NCBI GenBank assembly: GCA_041750285.1
Contig: JBGSZS010000021.1
Span: forward strand, 25,987 to 89,986
Length of the DNA: 64,000 bases
Origin: Candidatus Fermentibacteraceae bacterium
GTDB taxonomy: Bacteria; Fermentibacterota; Fermentibacteria; Fermentibacterales; JCC-6
Reading direction: 5' to 3'
In this document: piece by piece, positions 54,283-63,023 of the stretch
How the letters are laid out: every line of letters starts with the position of its first letter
Numbering within the stretch: the stretch's first letter is position 1
Notes under the pieces: model-generated
What the model was told of the DNA's origin: nothing
Databases searched by the model: none
The model's input: the letters and a program-made list of their open reading frames with translations, nothing else
Translations under genes and position numbers: made by a program

Positions 54283-55487
54283 TGAAGACCGTCATCGTCC
54301 TGCTCTGGGGATCCCTTGCATGCTGCATGGCCCTCGGCGTGGAAGAGTACGCCCGTGTGTCTGTGGCAGGCGACAGCGTGAATTACGGGGGTGGCTCCTA
54401 CCTCGACGCTTCCGCGGGGGTCCGGCTGTTTGAGGGCCCATGGCGCTTTGCTCTCGACCAGACCTACAGGAAGGCATCCGAAGACAACGCGGCACTTCCA
54501 CGCTTTTCCCGCAACCGCTCCGAAACGACCCTTTCCGTTCTATACAGTGCAGCAGGCCTCACCGTTCGGCCCGATTTCCGCTTCACCACCGACCTCGACA
54601 GTTCGGGCGTCGTTCTTCCCCGCTCCGAGGGGATTGGCGAGCGCACGAGCTCGGTTCGCCCCGGGCTCAACCTGGGCTGGGAAAGTCCCGGGAATGTTAA
54701 GCTAAGTGCGTTCGGCCGTTACTGGGACCGAAGCGTCTCCGACCAGGATGACCAGGACCTTGCCTGGGCGGAAACCAGGGCCGGGGGAGGCGCCGTATGG
54801 TACACTCCCATCGGGGTCGACCTGGGCATCAGCGGCATGAGCCACAACACCTCGATCGACGGGACGGGTTTCGACGAGACTTACAGCCGGGTTAACTTTG
54901 CGGCCAGCCTTGCCCCCCGGACGCTCCCGACCCGCACACAGGTCATGGCCGACCTGGCATGGTCGGTTCAGAACGGCGACGACCACAACGGTGTTCCGCT
55001 TCCGGAAAGGGCCACCGCAAGGGTTCGTGCGGTCCAGACACTGGCCCGCAACCTTACCTTCAACTTCACGGTGTGCCAGACCATCGACTTCGATGAGGAC
55101 GTGACCAGGCTCGCGGCATACCAGGCCGGCGCCAGGCTCAGGTACGCCTTCAACGGGTGGGGCGAACACCCATCCAGCGTCAGCCTTTACGGCCAGGGCA
55201 CAGAAAGCTTCATCAGCACCCGGTTCGGTGAGCTGGAAACCCGCGTGGGCGTTTACCGCGGCCTTTCAGTCCTCGTGAACGGAAGGATATGGGAGGGGCC
55301 CAGCAGCATCACAGGCACAGGCGGCACCCGCAGGCGTGAAACCTACGGGGGTGGTCTGGAATACAGGATGAAGAACGGTCTGTCCGCATGGTTCCTCATC
55401 CGCCGTCAGGCCTCGGAACTGGAATACACCGAAGTCTGGAACTCCTTTCAGGGCGGTTTGGCCTTCTACCCTGCGGCCCACATATAA
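54282..55487 (+). CDS. Probable outer-membrane beta-barrel protein
   Basis: Signal peptide; alternating aromatic/Gly beta-strands; terminal strand FQGGLAFY; TGATG coupling. Confidence 0.7.
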   Translation: MKTVIVLLWGSLACCMALGVEEYARVSVAGDSVNYGGGSYLDASAGVRLFEGPWRFALDQTYRKASEDNAALPRFSRNRSETTLSVLYSAAGLTVRPDFRFTTDLDSSGVVLPRSEGIGERTSSVRPGLNLGWESPGNVKLSAFGRYWDRSVSDQDDQDLAWAETRAGGGAVWYTPIGVDLGISGMSHNTSIDGTGFDETYSRVNFAASLAPRTLPTRTQVMADLAWSVQNGDDHNGVPLPERATARVRAVQTLARNLTFNFTVCQTIDFDEDVTRLAAYQAGARLRYAFNGWGEHPSSVSLYGQGTESFISTRFGELETRVGVYRGLSVLVNGRIWEGPSSITGTGGTRRRETYGGGLEYRMKNGLSAWFLIRRQASELEYTEVWNSFQGGLAFYPAAHI

Positions 55488-55511
55488 GCCCGAACCCGGA
55501 AAGGGGAGACA

Positions 55512-56618
55512 GTGGCGCTTGCTGAGGGGCTGAGCCTCGGGCTCGCCACGGGAGTTTCGTGCCTTGCCTCGTGCGGGCCGGTGTATGCCGCGTACCTGTT
55601 CAGCGAGAAGCGAAGCGGCAGGCAATCTCTCCTGGTCCTGCTCACCCTGAACCTTGGAAGGTTCGCCGCCTACGTCTGCTTCGGGGCGATCATAGGCATG
55701 CTTGGTGGAAGCATCCCTTCAAGCGTCAGGATACCCCTCTCCTTCGCGGGGTACATCCTCTTCAGCATTTTCCTTCTGGTCAGCACGCTCAGGGTCAACA
55801 AAAAGTGCGGGGGATGCGGGGTGTCACGGTGGACGAAGTTCACGGGCAGCCCCTTCCTTCTCGGCATCCTGACGGGCTTCTCGATCTGCCCGGCATTCCT
55901 CATAGCCCTCACCAGCGCCTTCGATGCGGGGGGCGCCCTTAACGGCGCCCTCCTCTTCGCGGGGTTCTTCTTCGGAACAACGGTCTACATGCTGCCCCTT
56001 TCGGTTGCGGGGCTCTTCACCGCGAAGAAATGGTTCACCATGGCCGCCCGGATCCTTGCCGTTTTCGTGGCTGTCTACTTCATGGTCATCGGTGTAAGGG
56101 GGATTGCGGGGTACTACCAAGCCCCCGCCGACCCCAGACAGGTAAGCACCACCGAAGACCCGGGGGTGTGGAACGCCATGAGCCAGGACTCTCTTTACCT
56201 TCTGGTCTTCACCGGCATGGCCGGAGACAGGGGCTTCGATCTTGCGGCCGACCTCGCAGGTGCAGAGATGCCCCCCCTTGTCATCATTGAAGCGGATTCA
56301 TCGAACTGGGGAGAAGCTCTGGAGAGGATACCCGAACTTTCGGGAGTGATCGGACCCTGGTGGTTCGACGCCAGATCGGAGGCCGTTCTGTCTGAGTGGC
56401 AGCAGCTAGCGGTGTCCGCAGCCGATGCCAGAAGGTTCAGGATGTTCGCCGTTGCATACGAGCCATACGACCTTGAAAGGGCGGGCGTAGTCTTCCAGTA
56501 CATGAGCGGCTTTGGTTACAGATGCGAACCCGACTCGGGTTTCAGCTTCCTTGTCAGGGCCGACCTCGAATGCGTTTCGTCGGACTGCTCGACCTGCCCC
56601 GCCCTCGGGAACTACTAG
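55512..56618 (+). CDS. DsbD_2 / TauE-SafE-like membrane protein with soluble Cys-tipped C-terminal extension
   Basis: GLATGVSCLASCGP, NLGRF.AY...G and GFSICP motifs; about 6 TM; C-terminal CVSSDCSTCP. Confidence 0.75.
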   Translation: MALAEGLSLGLATGVSCLASCGPVYAAYLFSEKRSGRQSLLVLLTLNLGRFAAYVCFGAIIGMLGGSIPSSVRIPLSFAGYILFSIFLLVSTLRVNKKCGGCGVSRWTKFTGSPFLLGILTGFSICPAFLIALTSAFDAGGALNGALLFAGFFFGTTVYMLPLSVAGLFTAKKWFTMAARILAVFVAVYFMVIGVRGIAGYYQAPADPRQVSTTEDPGVWNAMSQDSLYLLVFTGMAGDRGFDLAADLAGAEMPPLVIIEADSSNWGEALERIPELSGVIGPWWFDARSEAVLSEWQQLAVSAADARRFRMFAVAYEPYDLERAGVVFQYMSGFGYRCEPDSGFSFLVRADLECVSSDCSTCPALGNY

Positions 56619-58519
56619 TCCTTCCAGGCGCCCTTTCTGGAAGCCAGCATGTCTCCCGCTACGGGAAGCAGAAGCACCACCAGCCAGCCCAGAAGGAAGT
56701 CCTGGCTTCTCAGCCCGAAATTGCCGTAAGCTGAGGCACTCCTGGCCTGGAGTTCGCTCGCGAGCATCCACAGCATGCCCATGGGAATGATCCACCTGAC
56801 GCTGGTATTCCACCACCATCCGATGCGCATGTTCGAGTTCGAGTTGATGTAGGTCCGCATCTTTTCCGCCGGGAAGGCCCAACCGATGATCAAGAGCTGC
56901 CCCAGAACAACAAGCACCAGTGCAACGCTGTTCATGAAGTGGTCAACGATGTCGAGGATGTAAAGGCCTGCGCCCGTAAGCATGGGAAGCCCGAGAAGGA
57001 ACGCCGCGCCCCCCACGATGAGGTTGACCCGCCTGTGGGAGAGCCCCCATTTGTCCTTCAGAGATGCGGTTACACCCTCAACCAGGCTGAATGCCGAATC
57101 AACGGCGAGCGTGAGCAGCATGACGAAGAAAAGCACACCGAAGAAAGCCGCGCCCGGAAGGCTGGATATGATGTGCGGGTATGCCACGAACGCCAGCCCG
57201 GGTCCCGACTTCACTACCTCGCTGACGGGAACACCCAGACGCGCCGCCTGGAATCCAAGGGCACTGAAGACCGCGAGTCCACCGCAGAAAGCCGTCAGTG
57301 CATCGGCAATGCCTATGATGAAGGCGTTTCCCGCCAGATTGGCCTTCTTTGGCAGGAAGCTTCCGTAGGCGATCATCACACCGAACCCAACGCTGAGGCT
57401 GAAGAATACCTGAGTAAGGGCCGCCAGCCAGATGTCGCCGCTGAGGAGCCTGGCCCAGTCCGGTGTGAGGTAATAGGAAAGCCCCACAGAAGCCCCCGGA
57501 AGTGTTACACCCCGAATGATGAAGACAAGAAGGAGCACCCACGGGATGATGACCGTGTAGTAGACGACACGGCCAACGGTTTTGGTGCCCTTCCAGATGC
57601 TTGCGATGATCCACACCCAGGATATCGCGAAACCTATGAGAAGGGGCCACCGGAAGCTTCCGAGGTCCCATGGGGTTGAGGTCAGCCCGAGGAACCTGTT
57701 GTAGAAGAAATCCCCCGGCGAGCCCAGGAAGGTGCTGGCTTCGTCCACGCTGTCAAACCCGTAGAGAACGCCGTCGTAGGCAATGAGAATTGTGGAGATG
57801 TTCCTCACGACCCCTTCGGAACCATCGACCGGTGAAATGAAGGGCTTCCCGAGAAGGTCGGCCGGTATCCCCTCCAGAAGCCTTGTTTCTCCGCCCGCCA
57901 AAGCTGCTATTGAACAGCGTTCATCGATGCAGGGGCTTTTGGCGAAGGCTTCGGCCTGCTCGCGGGAGGCAAAACCATAGATCTGGCCCTCATGTTCGAC
58001 AAGGGTCGTGGGTTCGGCGGCCACAACGCCGGGAACATTGTTCACAGGCGATACGAAGGGCATACCCCCCATTTCCGGGGGCACAGGTGTGAGAACATCC
58101 ATGTCGGATAGTTCCGTTGGCATCACAGCCACTGACGGGTCGGCATAAAGACCGGGCTCCTGGCTCCACCCCTGTGTTGCGGCCTCGTAGGTGTAGTTCA
58201 CGCACCAGCCCATGATTATGGCGTAGTAAACAACGATCACGAAGGAAAGCAGCGCCGCCATCCACCCGAACCATTCCAGCGACGGCCTGATACCCCGGAA
58301 CCCTCCGGGAGCGGCCTGCCTGTACCTGTGCCCCAGGCCGAACTCAAGCATCAGAACGGGAATGCCCGCGATGAACAGGCATGCGAAGTAAGCCACCAGA
58401 AATGCCCCGCCGCCGTTCGCGTAAGCGATGTACGGAAATCTCCAGATGTTGCCGAGCCCTATGGCGCTTCCTATTGCCGCCAGAATGAAGGCCCGCCTGC
58501 TTCCCCAGGTCTCCCTCAT
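56615..58519 (-). CDS. Sodium-dependent transporter (NSS/SNF family) with large extracellular insertion
   Basis: RETWGSR, GSAIGLGNIWRFPY, NGGGAF, QVFFSLS and GPGLAFVAYP motifs. Confidence 0.95.
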   Translation of the reverse strand: MRETWGSRRAFILAAIGSAIGLGNIWRFPYIAYANGGGAFLVAYFACLFIAGIPVLMLEFGLGHRYRQAAPGGFRGIRPSLEWFGWMAALLSFVIVVYYAIIMGWCVNYTYEAATQGWSQEPGLYADPSVAVMPTELSDMDVLTPVPPEMGGMPFVSPVNNVPGVVAAEPTTLVEHEGQIYGFASREQAEAFAKSPCIDERCSIAALAGGETRLLEGIPADLLGKPFISPVDGSEGVVRNISTILIAYDGVLYGFDSVDEASTFLGSPGDFFYNRFLGLTSTPWDLGSFRWPLLIGFAISWVWIIASIWKGTKTVGRVVYYTVIIPWVLLLVFIIRGVTLPGASVGLSYYLTPDWARLLSGDIWLAALTQVFFSLSVGFGVMIAYGSFLPKKANLAGNAFIIGIADALTAFCGGLAVFSALGFQAARLGVPVSEVVKSGPGLAFVAYPHIISSLPGAAFFGVLFFVMLLTLAVDSAFSLVEGVTASLKDKWGLSHRRVNLIVGGAAFLLGLPMLTGAGLYILDIVDHFMNSVALVLVVLGQLLIIGWAFPAEKMRTYINSNSNMRIGWWWNTSVRWIIPMGMLWMLASELQARSASAYGNFGLRSQDFLLGWLVVLLLPVAGDMLASRKGAWKD

Positions 58520-58603
58520 GATCCCCCCTTTTTGAATGTCACCCCAGGCCCATGAATTAGTGAATCCGTGCGCAGGGGTCAAGAGGGTATTGCTTGGATA
58601 AGG

Positions 58604-59269
58604 CTACTTCCTGAAGCAGTAGACAACTTCGCTGGCCCAGAGAGACGGCCATCTTGCGGGAAGCCCGAGAATGTTGGGTTTGCCCCTCAGACCTCTCACT
58701 TCGGGAACCGGAAAGCCAAGAGATTTCGACCACCAGATGAAATCCTTCACGCTCCAGAAACGCAGGTGCTCCCTGGGGTCGCTGATGTAGGTGACAGGAA
58801 ACCGGCCGAACAGGAGCCTTAGCCTGTGGGCCATGTAGCCAAGGTTGGGAGTGGTTATGTAAAGGCCCTTTCTGTAATGGTCCCTCAGTTTTGATACAAG
58901 GACCTCGGCTTCCTGAATGTGCTCCACAAGCTCGAAAAGGACTATGTGGTCCCATTCCCCGTCCAGTGATGCATCGGTTCGGGTCAGATCGCAGCAGACC
59001 GCTCCAAATCCCTTGCTTCGTACGTAATCAAGTGCAACGGTGGACACGTCCAGCCCGGTGCCCCTTATCGACTTCTCTTTTCGAAGGAGCTCAAGGGTTT
59101 CTCCAGTACCGCATCCTACATCCAGGACCGTATCTCCGGCAGATATCAGATCAACCACTCCCCTGGCACGCCTTCTGGCAGGCTCCGTCATCACGCCGTT
59201 CCTGATCCGCTCCTCCCAGTAGGAGTCGTAGTCAAGACCATGGCTTGAAGGATCCGAAGGAAGGGGCAT
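58604..59269 (-). CDS. Class I SAM-dependent methyltransferase (MetW-like)
   Basis: VLDVGCGTG, ELVEHI and TPN..Y...RL.LLFGRFP motifs. Confidence 0.88.
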   Translation of the reverse strand: MPLPSDPSSHGLDYDSYWEERIRNGVMTEPARRRARGVVDLISAGDTVLDVGCGTGETLELLRKEKSIRGTGLDVSTVALDYVRSKGFGAVCCDLTRTDASLDGEWDHIVLFELVEHIQEAEVLVSKLRDHYRKGLYITTPNLGYMAHRLRLLFGRFPVTYISDPREHLRFWSVKDFIWWSKSLGFPVPEVRGLRGKPNILGLPARWPSLWASEVVYCFRK

Positions 59270-59398
59270 GTTCCCAAACACTTCCTGAAAAGGGCTTCTG
59301 CCCTTTTCTCCCGGAACTCTTGAATCGGCCAAAACTCCTCCTCTGATGCCCGAATATAGCCTAAGCGACATATGGAAAAGGTTCGTGCAATGCAGAAC

Positions 59399-59427
59399 TT
59401 GACGGGTTTGCCACCAAAGGCTATAGA
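59399..59427 (+). promoter_or_regulatory. Sigma70-type promoter
   Basis: TTGACG-17 nt-TATAGA upstream of the ORF at 59493. Confidence 0.5.
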
Positions 59428-59492
59428 ACAAAAAGGAATAAACGGGGCGGTATAACGTTGATGATAATAATGCACAGATAGGGAGTTCTCTT

Positions 59493-60329
59493 ATGAAAAC
59501 ACTCTGTGTCGTTCTTCTTTGCGTATCCCTTTCCTTTGCTGTGACCGTCTTTGATGATTTCTCGTCCGGTATCGGAGGCTGGATGGCAAGATGCGGGTCG
59601 GCAAGCTGGTCATCTTCGGGCGGACAGGCAACCTGCCAGACCGGCAGTTCATGCAGCGCTCTTGTGTTTCCCGGAACGGTTACCACACAGGACGGATCGA
59701 TCACCGTGTATGGGGGCGGCTATCATACATTTGGTGTGATAGCAAGGCTGGACAATCTGAACACGGGTGTTTACGCCTATGTGTCGGTTGATCACAACGT
59801 GGCCAGAATAAGAAAAGTCGCCAGCGGGGTTACCTCGACGATCTACTCCTCACTGAACTACGACTTTCCCTCCGGCGACTACATGCTGGTGTTTTCGTGC
59901 CAGGGGCCTGACATGTCGTTGAGCATCGAGCACGTCCAGTCATCCCAGACGTGGCTTCTTCAAGCCTCGGTTGAAACGTCGGTTCAGACCGGGGAATGGG
60001 GGCTCGCAGCCGGTGAAACGACCGCATGGTGGGACTGGGTCGAACTGCAGTACGACAACACGGCAACCGCTGGCGAGACATCCGGCGCTGTTTTGCAGCC
60101 CGTGATCCGCCCTCAACTGAACCCCTTCACGGGCAGCGTGATGATAACCATCGAGAGCGCTTTGCCGGGCAGCACACTGGAGGTGTTCGACCTTTCCGGG
60201 AGGAATGTGCAGAACATTGATGTGTCATCGGGAACGGCGATGTTCACACCGGAGCTGCCTGGAATCTACCTGGCAAGGTTGAACGGGACTGCCGGGGCTC
60301 AGGTGGTCAAGCTGGTCTGCATTCCCTGA
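59493..60329 (+). CDS. Secreted beta-rich protein with T9SS-like C-terminal domain
   Basis: Signal peptide; FDDFS start; NPF...LEVFDLSGR...PGIYL...VKLV tail. Confidence 0.82.
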   Translation: MKTLCVVLLCVSLSFAVTVFDDFSSGIGGWMARCGSASWSSSGGQATCQTGSSCSALVFPGTVTTQDGSITVYGGGYHTFGVIARLDNLNTGVYAYVSVDHNVARIRKVASGVTSTIYSSLNYDFPSGDYMLVFSCQGPDMSLSIEHVQSSQTWLLQASVETSVQTGEWGLAAGETTAWWDWVELQYDNTATAGETSGAVLQPVIRPQLNPFTGSVMITIESALPGSTLEVFDLSGRNVQNIDVSSGTAMFTPELPGIYLARLNGTAGAQVVKLVCIP

Positions 60330-61673
60330 TCACAGTTCGCAGTTCGTTTTTACCTGCTTCTTTCCCGTCAGGCGGCTGAAGAGCCGCAGTGGCGCGAACA
60401 GGCTCAGAGCCGCCCCCAGGAAACAAAGGTAACGGCAGAAGAACCTTCGCACGAATATCGATAACAGCAGCGTTACCCCGGCAACTATCACGCTTCCCGA
60501 TAAAAACAGCGTGAATATTGTGTGGAAGGGGTCAAGCCTGCAGAAGACAGCGGGCCACGGGGTCTGAATCATCCCGAAGCGGTTCAGGAGCAGAACGGCA
60601 ACCAATCCGCCCAGTACAACATACCTGAAACGGCCGATCAGCCTGCTTACCCTGCCCCGGAAGCGCAGTTTTCCCGGTGAAGGGATGTGGTAGGCCAGCT
60701 CCTGCATGGCTCCCATTGGGCACACCCAGCAACAGAATATCCTGCCGAAGTAAGCCGCGAACAGAAACGGTATAAGAAGAAGGGCAATGCCCGCCCATCC
60801 CAGAAAGACGAGCCCGTCCTTCAGAAACGCGTATTGAAAAGCCCCCAGGGGGCAGAAGCAGCCCTGAATGCCGAAGCCAAGGATGATGAGGCTCAGACCG
60901 TGCACCGTCCTGTGAGCGATGCTCCTTCTCAGCCGTTCGGCCAGTTTCCTCCCTCTCAGCCTGCGGCTGAGAATTGTGGAAAGCACCATCAAAACGGAAA
61001 GAGCGATCAGAGCGATGTAAATCCTTCTGCTTCCAGCGGTCGGGTTGGAGCACTGAACCTCTGTGGATTGGCCTGACCAGTGGGGGCATAGGGCCAGGTC
61101 ACCCGGGCATGCGGCCTCGGGGGGCAACCCGAGAGGGCAGCCCAACACAACAGAAGCTGCAACAGCGCTGTCCGGTTCCTCCCCGGGATCACCGGGATTG
61201 TCACAGCGGCCGTTTTCGTCTTCATCCAGAAAGAGCGCGCATCGCGGAGAAGCGGTGGAGCAGGCTTCGGCCGGCAGAAGACCCAGCGGGCATCCGGTAA
61301 AGGATACCGGTTCCTGAACAACGGCCGAGGTGTCTTCCTCAAGGGTCTCTCCGGTTTCCTGAACAGTTTCCTCTTCAGAGGTTTCGACAACCTCTTCGAT
61401 CAGAGGTTCGGGATCTGACGGTGTTTCCTCAATCCCGGGGTCAACGGGTTCGGGGTCATCCGGCGTCTCGACAGCAATGGAATCCGCAGGTTCCGGCTCC
61501 GGATCAATGACCGGCTGTGGCCCGGGGTTGTCGCAGCGCTGGTCTCCGTTTGAATCAACGTAGAGGGCACACCGGGCGAAGCCCTCCTGACAGGCCTCGG
61601 CGGGTGTCAGCCGCAGGGGACACTGGGCAAACGCCGCAGCAGCAACCACAAGCACCGCAAGAACTGCCCTCAT
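60330..61673 (-). CDS. NapH/NosR-like (Fer4_5) membrane protein with exported N-terminal Cys-rich repeats
   Basis: Signal peptide; three CPL.L.P..AC repeats; TM region with GRIFCCWVCPMGAMQE, CRLDP and FCRYLC; ATG overlaps the upstream TGA. Confidence 0.85.
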   Translation of the reverse strand: MRAVLAVLVVAAAAFAQCPLRLTPAEACQEGFARCALYVDSNGDQRCDNPGPQPVIDPEPEPADSIAVETPDDPEPVDPGIEETPSDPEPLIEEVVETSEEETVQETGETLEEDTSAVVQEPVSFTGCPLGLLPAEACSTASPRCALFLDEDENGRCDNPGDPGEEPDSAVAASVVLGCPLGLPPEAACPGDLALCPHWSGQSTEVQCSNPTAGSRRIYIALIALSVLMVLSTILSRRLRGRKLAERLRRSIAHRTVHGLSLIILGFGIQGCFCPLGAFQYAFLKDGLVFLGWAGIALLLIPFLFAAYFGRIFCCWVCPMGAMQELAYHIPSPGKLRFRGRVSRLIGRFRYVVLGGLVAVLLLNRFGMIQTPWPAVFCRLDPFHTIFTLFLSGSVIVAGVTLLLSIFVRRFFCRYLCFLGAALSLFAPLRLFSRLTGKKQVKTNCEL

Positions 61674-62314
61674 CAACCGAAACCCCCTTTGCCGGAAGAT
61701 TGAAACGTGGCTTGCGCCGGGTTAAAAACCACCGCGCCGAAAACCGGCTTCAAGCGAACAACTCCCCTGATCAGCAGATGCGGCGCGAATCTCTCGAGGC
61801 TGCCGGTCAGCGCTTCATCGTTCCCGCTGTACAGGGTACGATAACCATCGGTCTCATAATAACCGCAGTACAGCATGCCCTGGTCGGCATTCCGGTACAC
61901 AACCTCCAAAATGATGCTATCCGAACCGTTCCACAAGTATTCCACGGCCAGGGGAACATTGATCCAACCGCCCGAAGGCGCGAAGGTAATGTCCGATGCG
62001 CTGAAGACCTGCGTACGCTCCCCCTCGTAATTGTCGTCGAAATCCTCCCGAAGCTCGTCGCTGACAGCGGTACCCATGAAGACACCAAAATTCCCGAAAC
62101 TCACCGAGTCAGTGTTGGCAGCTCTGAATGACACTTCCGCAACGGAAAGAGAGAACAATCCCGACCCTCCGATTTCACTTCCCTGCACCACCACCTGGCA
62201 GCGCACCTCACCGAGTCAACCTCCACAGAATGGAACATTCACGGGAAAACGAGAAGTGCCTACTTCAACATCTGTGGTATTGCCGGCGCGAAGCAGTAAC
62301 AGAACCGGCAGCAC
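61673..62314 (-). CDS. Putative secreted selenoprotein, paralog 3 (CGG-U); Sec codon TGA at 62218-62216
   Basis: DVEVGTSRFPVNVPFCGG*LGEVRCQVVVQGSEIG is continuous in frame across the TGA; homologous to the two upstream paralogs; SECIS-like hairpin; GTG start uncertain. Confidence 0.72.
62185..62204 (-). promoter_or_regulatory. Bacterial SECIS-like hairpin 3
   Basis: GCGCUGCC-AGGU-GGUGGUGC begins 11 nt after the UGA. Confidence 0.78.
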
Positions 62315-62368
62315 TCCGACCCTTATCGGAAAACAATGTCGGAGCGCTGCCCGGATGCTGATCCTCCC

Positions 62369-62992
62369 CTACTGGAAAATCGCCTTGATCGAGCCGAACG
62401 TCGAGGTGTCCAAAGACATGTCCCCGGAGATGAACATGTGCGGAAGGAAGGGATAGAGCTGACCTGCCGGGGCCTCTGGTGAGTAGTCCCACACGATCCG
62501 GTTGCCCTCTGCGGCGCAGTACATCACATAGACGCTCTGATTGTCGGGTATGGATCCGCTGTCGTCGTATTTGATCTCGATGATCAGGTTGCCCTGGCCG
62601 GAATACCAGTAGGGGGTGTCCAGGGGGATTGTGACCAATCCGTTGTTGTTGTAGTGGGTTGCCTGGGAATGGTCGTACACGGTCAGTACATCTCCCGAGT
62701 AGTTGTCGTTAAAAACGGTTCCCAATCCCGCAAGATCCGAAGGCCCCATGCAGACATGGTAGCCGTTGAACATCGAGAACTGCCCTGTTCCGGGAGCTGC
62801 CTCGAAGGAAAAGGCATCAATGAGCATTGCTCCGCCGATCTCACTCTCGAGAACCACCACCTGGTAGCGCAGACTGCTCACTCAAGGTCCGCACAGCGGA
62901 ACTAGGTAACTGAACTGGCTCGAACCGATCTCAACATCGGCAGCGTGTGCCGTGAGTACCGTCAGAAGCGCAACGATCCCCGTCAGCCTCAT
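62369..62992 (-). CDS. Putative secreted selenoprotein, paralog 2 (CGP-U37); Sec codon TGA at 62884-62882
   Basis: MRLTGIVALLTVLTAHAADVEIGSSQFSYLVPLCGP*VSSLRYQVVVLESEIG in one frame; GGGGGTG RBS; C-terminal TFGSIKAIFQ. Confidence 0.85.
62851..62870 (-). promoter_or_regulatory. Bacterial SECIS-like hairpin 2
   Basis: GCGCUACC-AGGU-GGUGGUUC begins 11 nt after the UGA; inner 6 bp pair. Confidence 0.78.
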
Positions 62993-63023
62993 GCAACACC
63001 CCCAGAGTATGACAAAACCCACC

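Noticed and set aside
58604..59704. 366-aa version of the methyltransferase ORF
   Set aside because: The N-terminal extension crosses an AT-rich divergent promoter region and the opposite-strand gene; the ATG at 59269 is more plausible.
60318..60341. Two convergent genes both end C-x-x-TGA (CIP* on +, CEL* on -), resembling CxxU
   Set aside because: No AGGU-loop hairpin 11 nt downstream, read-through would run antisense into the opposite gene, and KLVCIP is a normal T9SS-type terminus; treated as coincidence.
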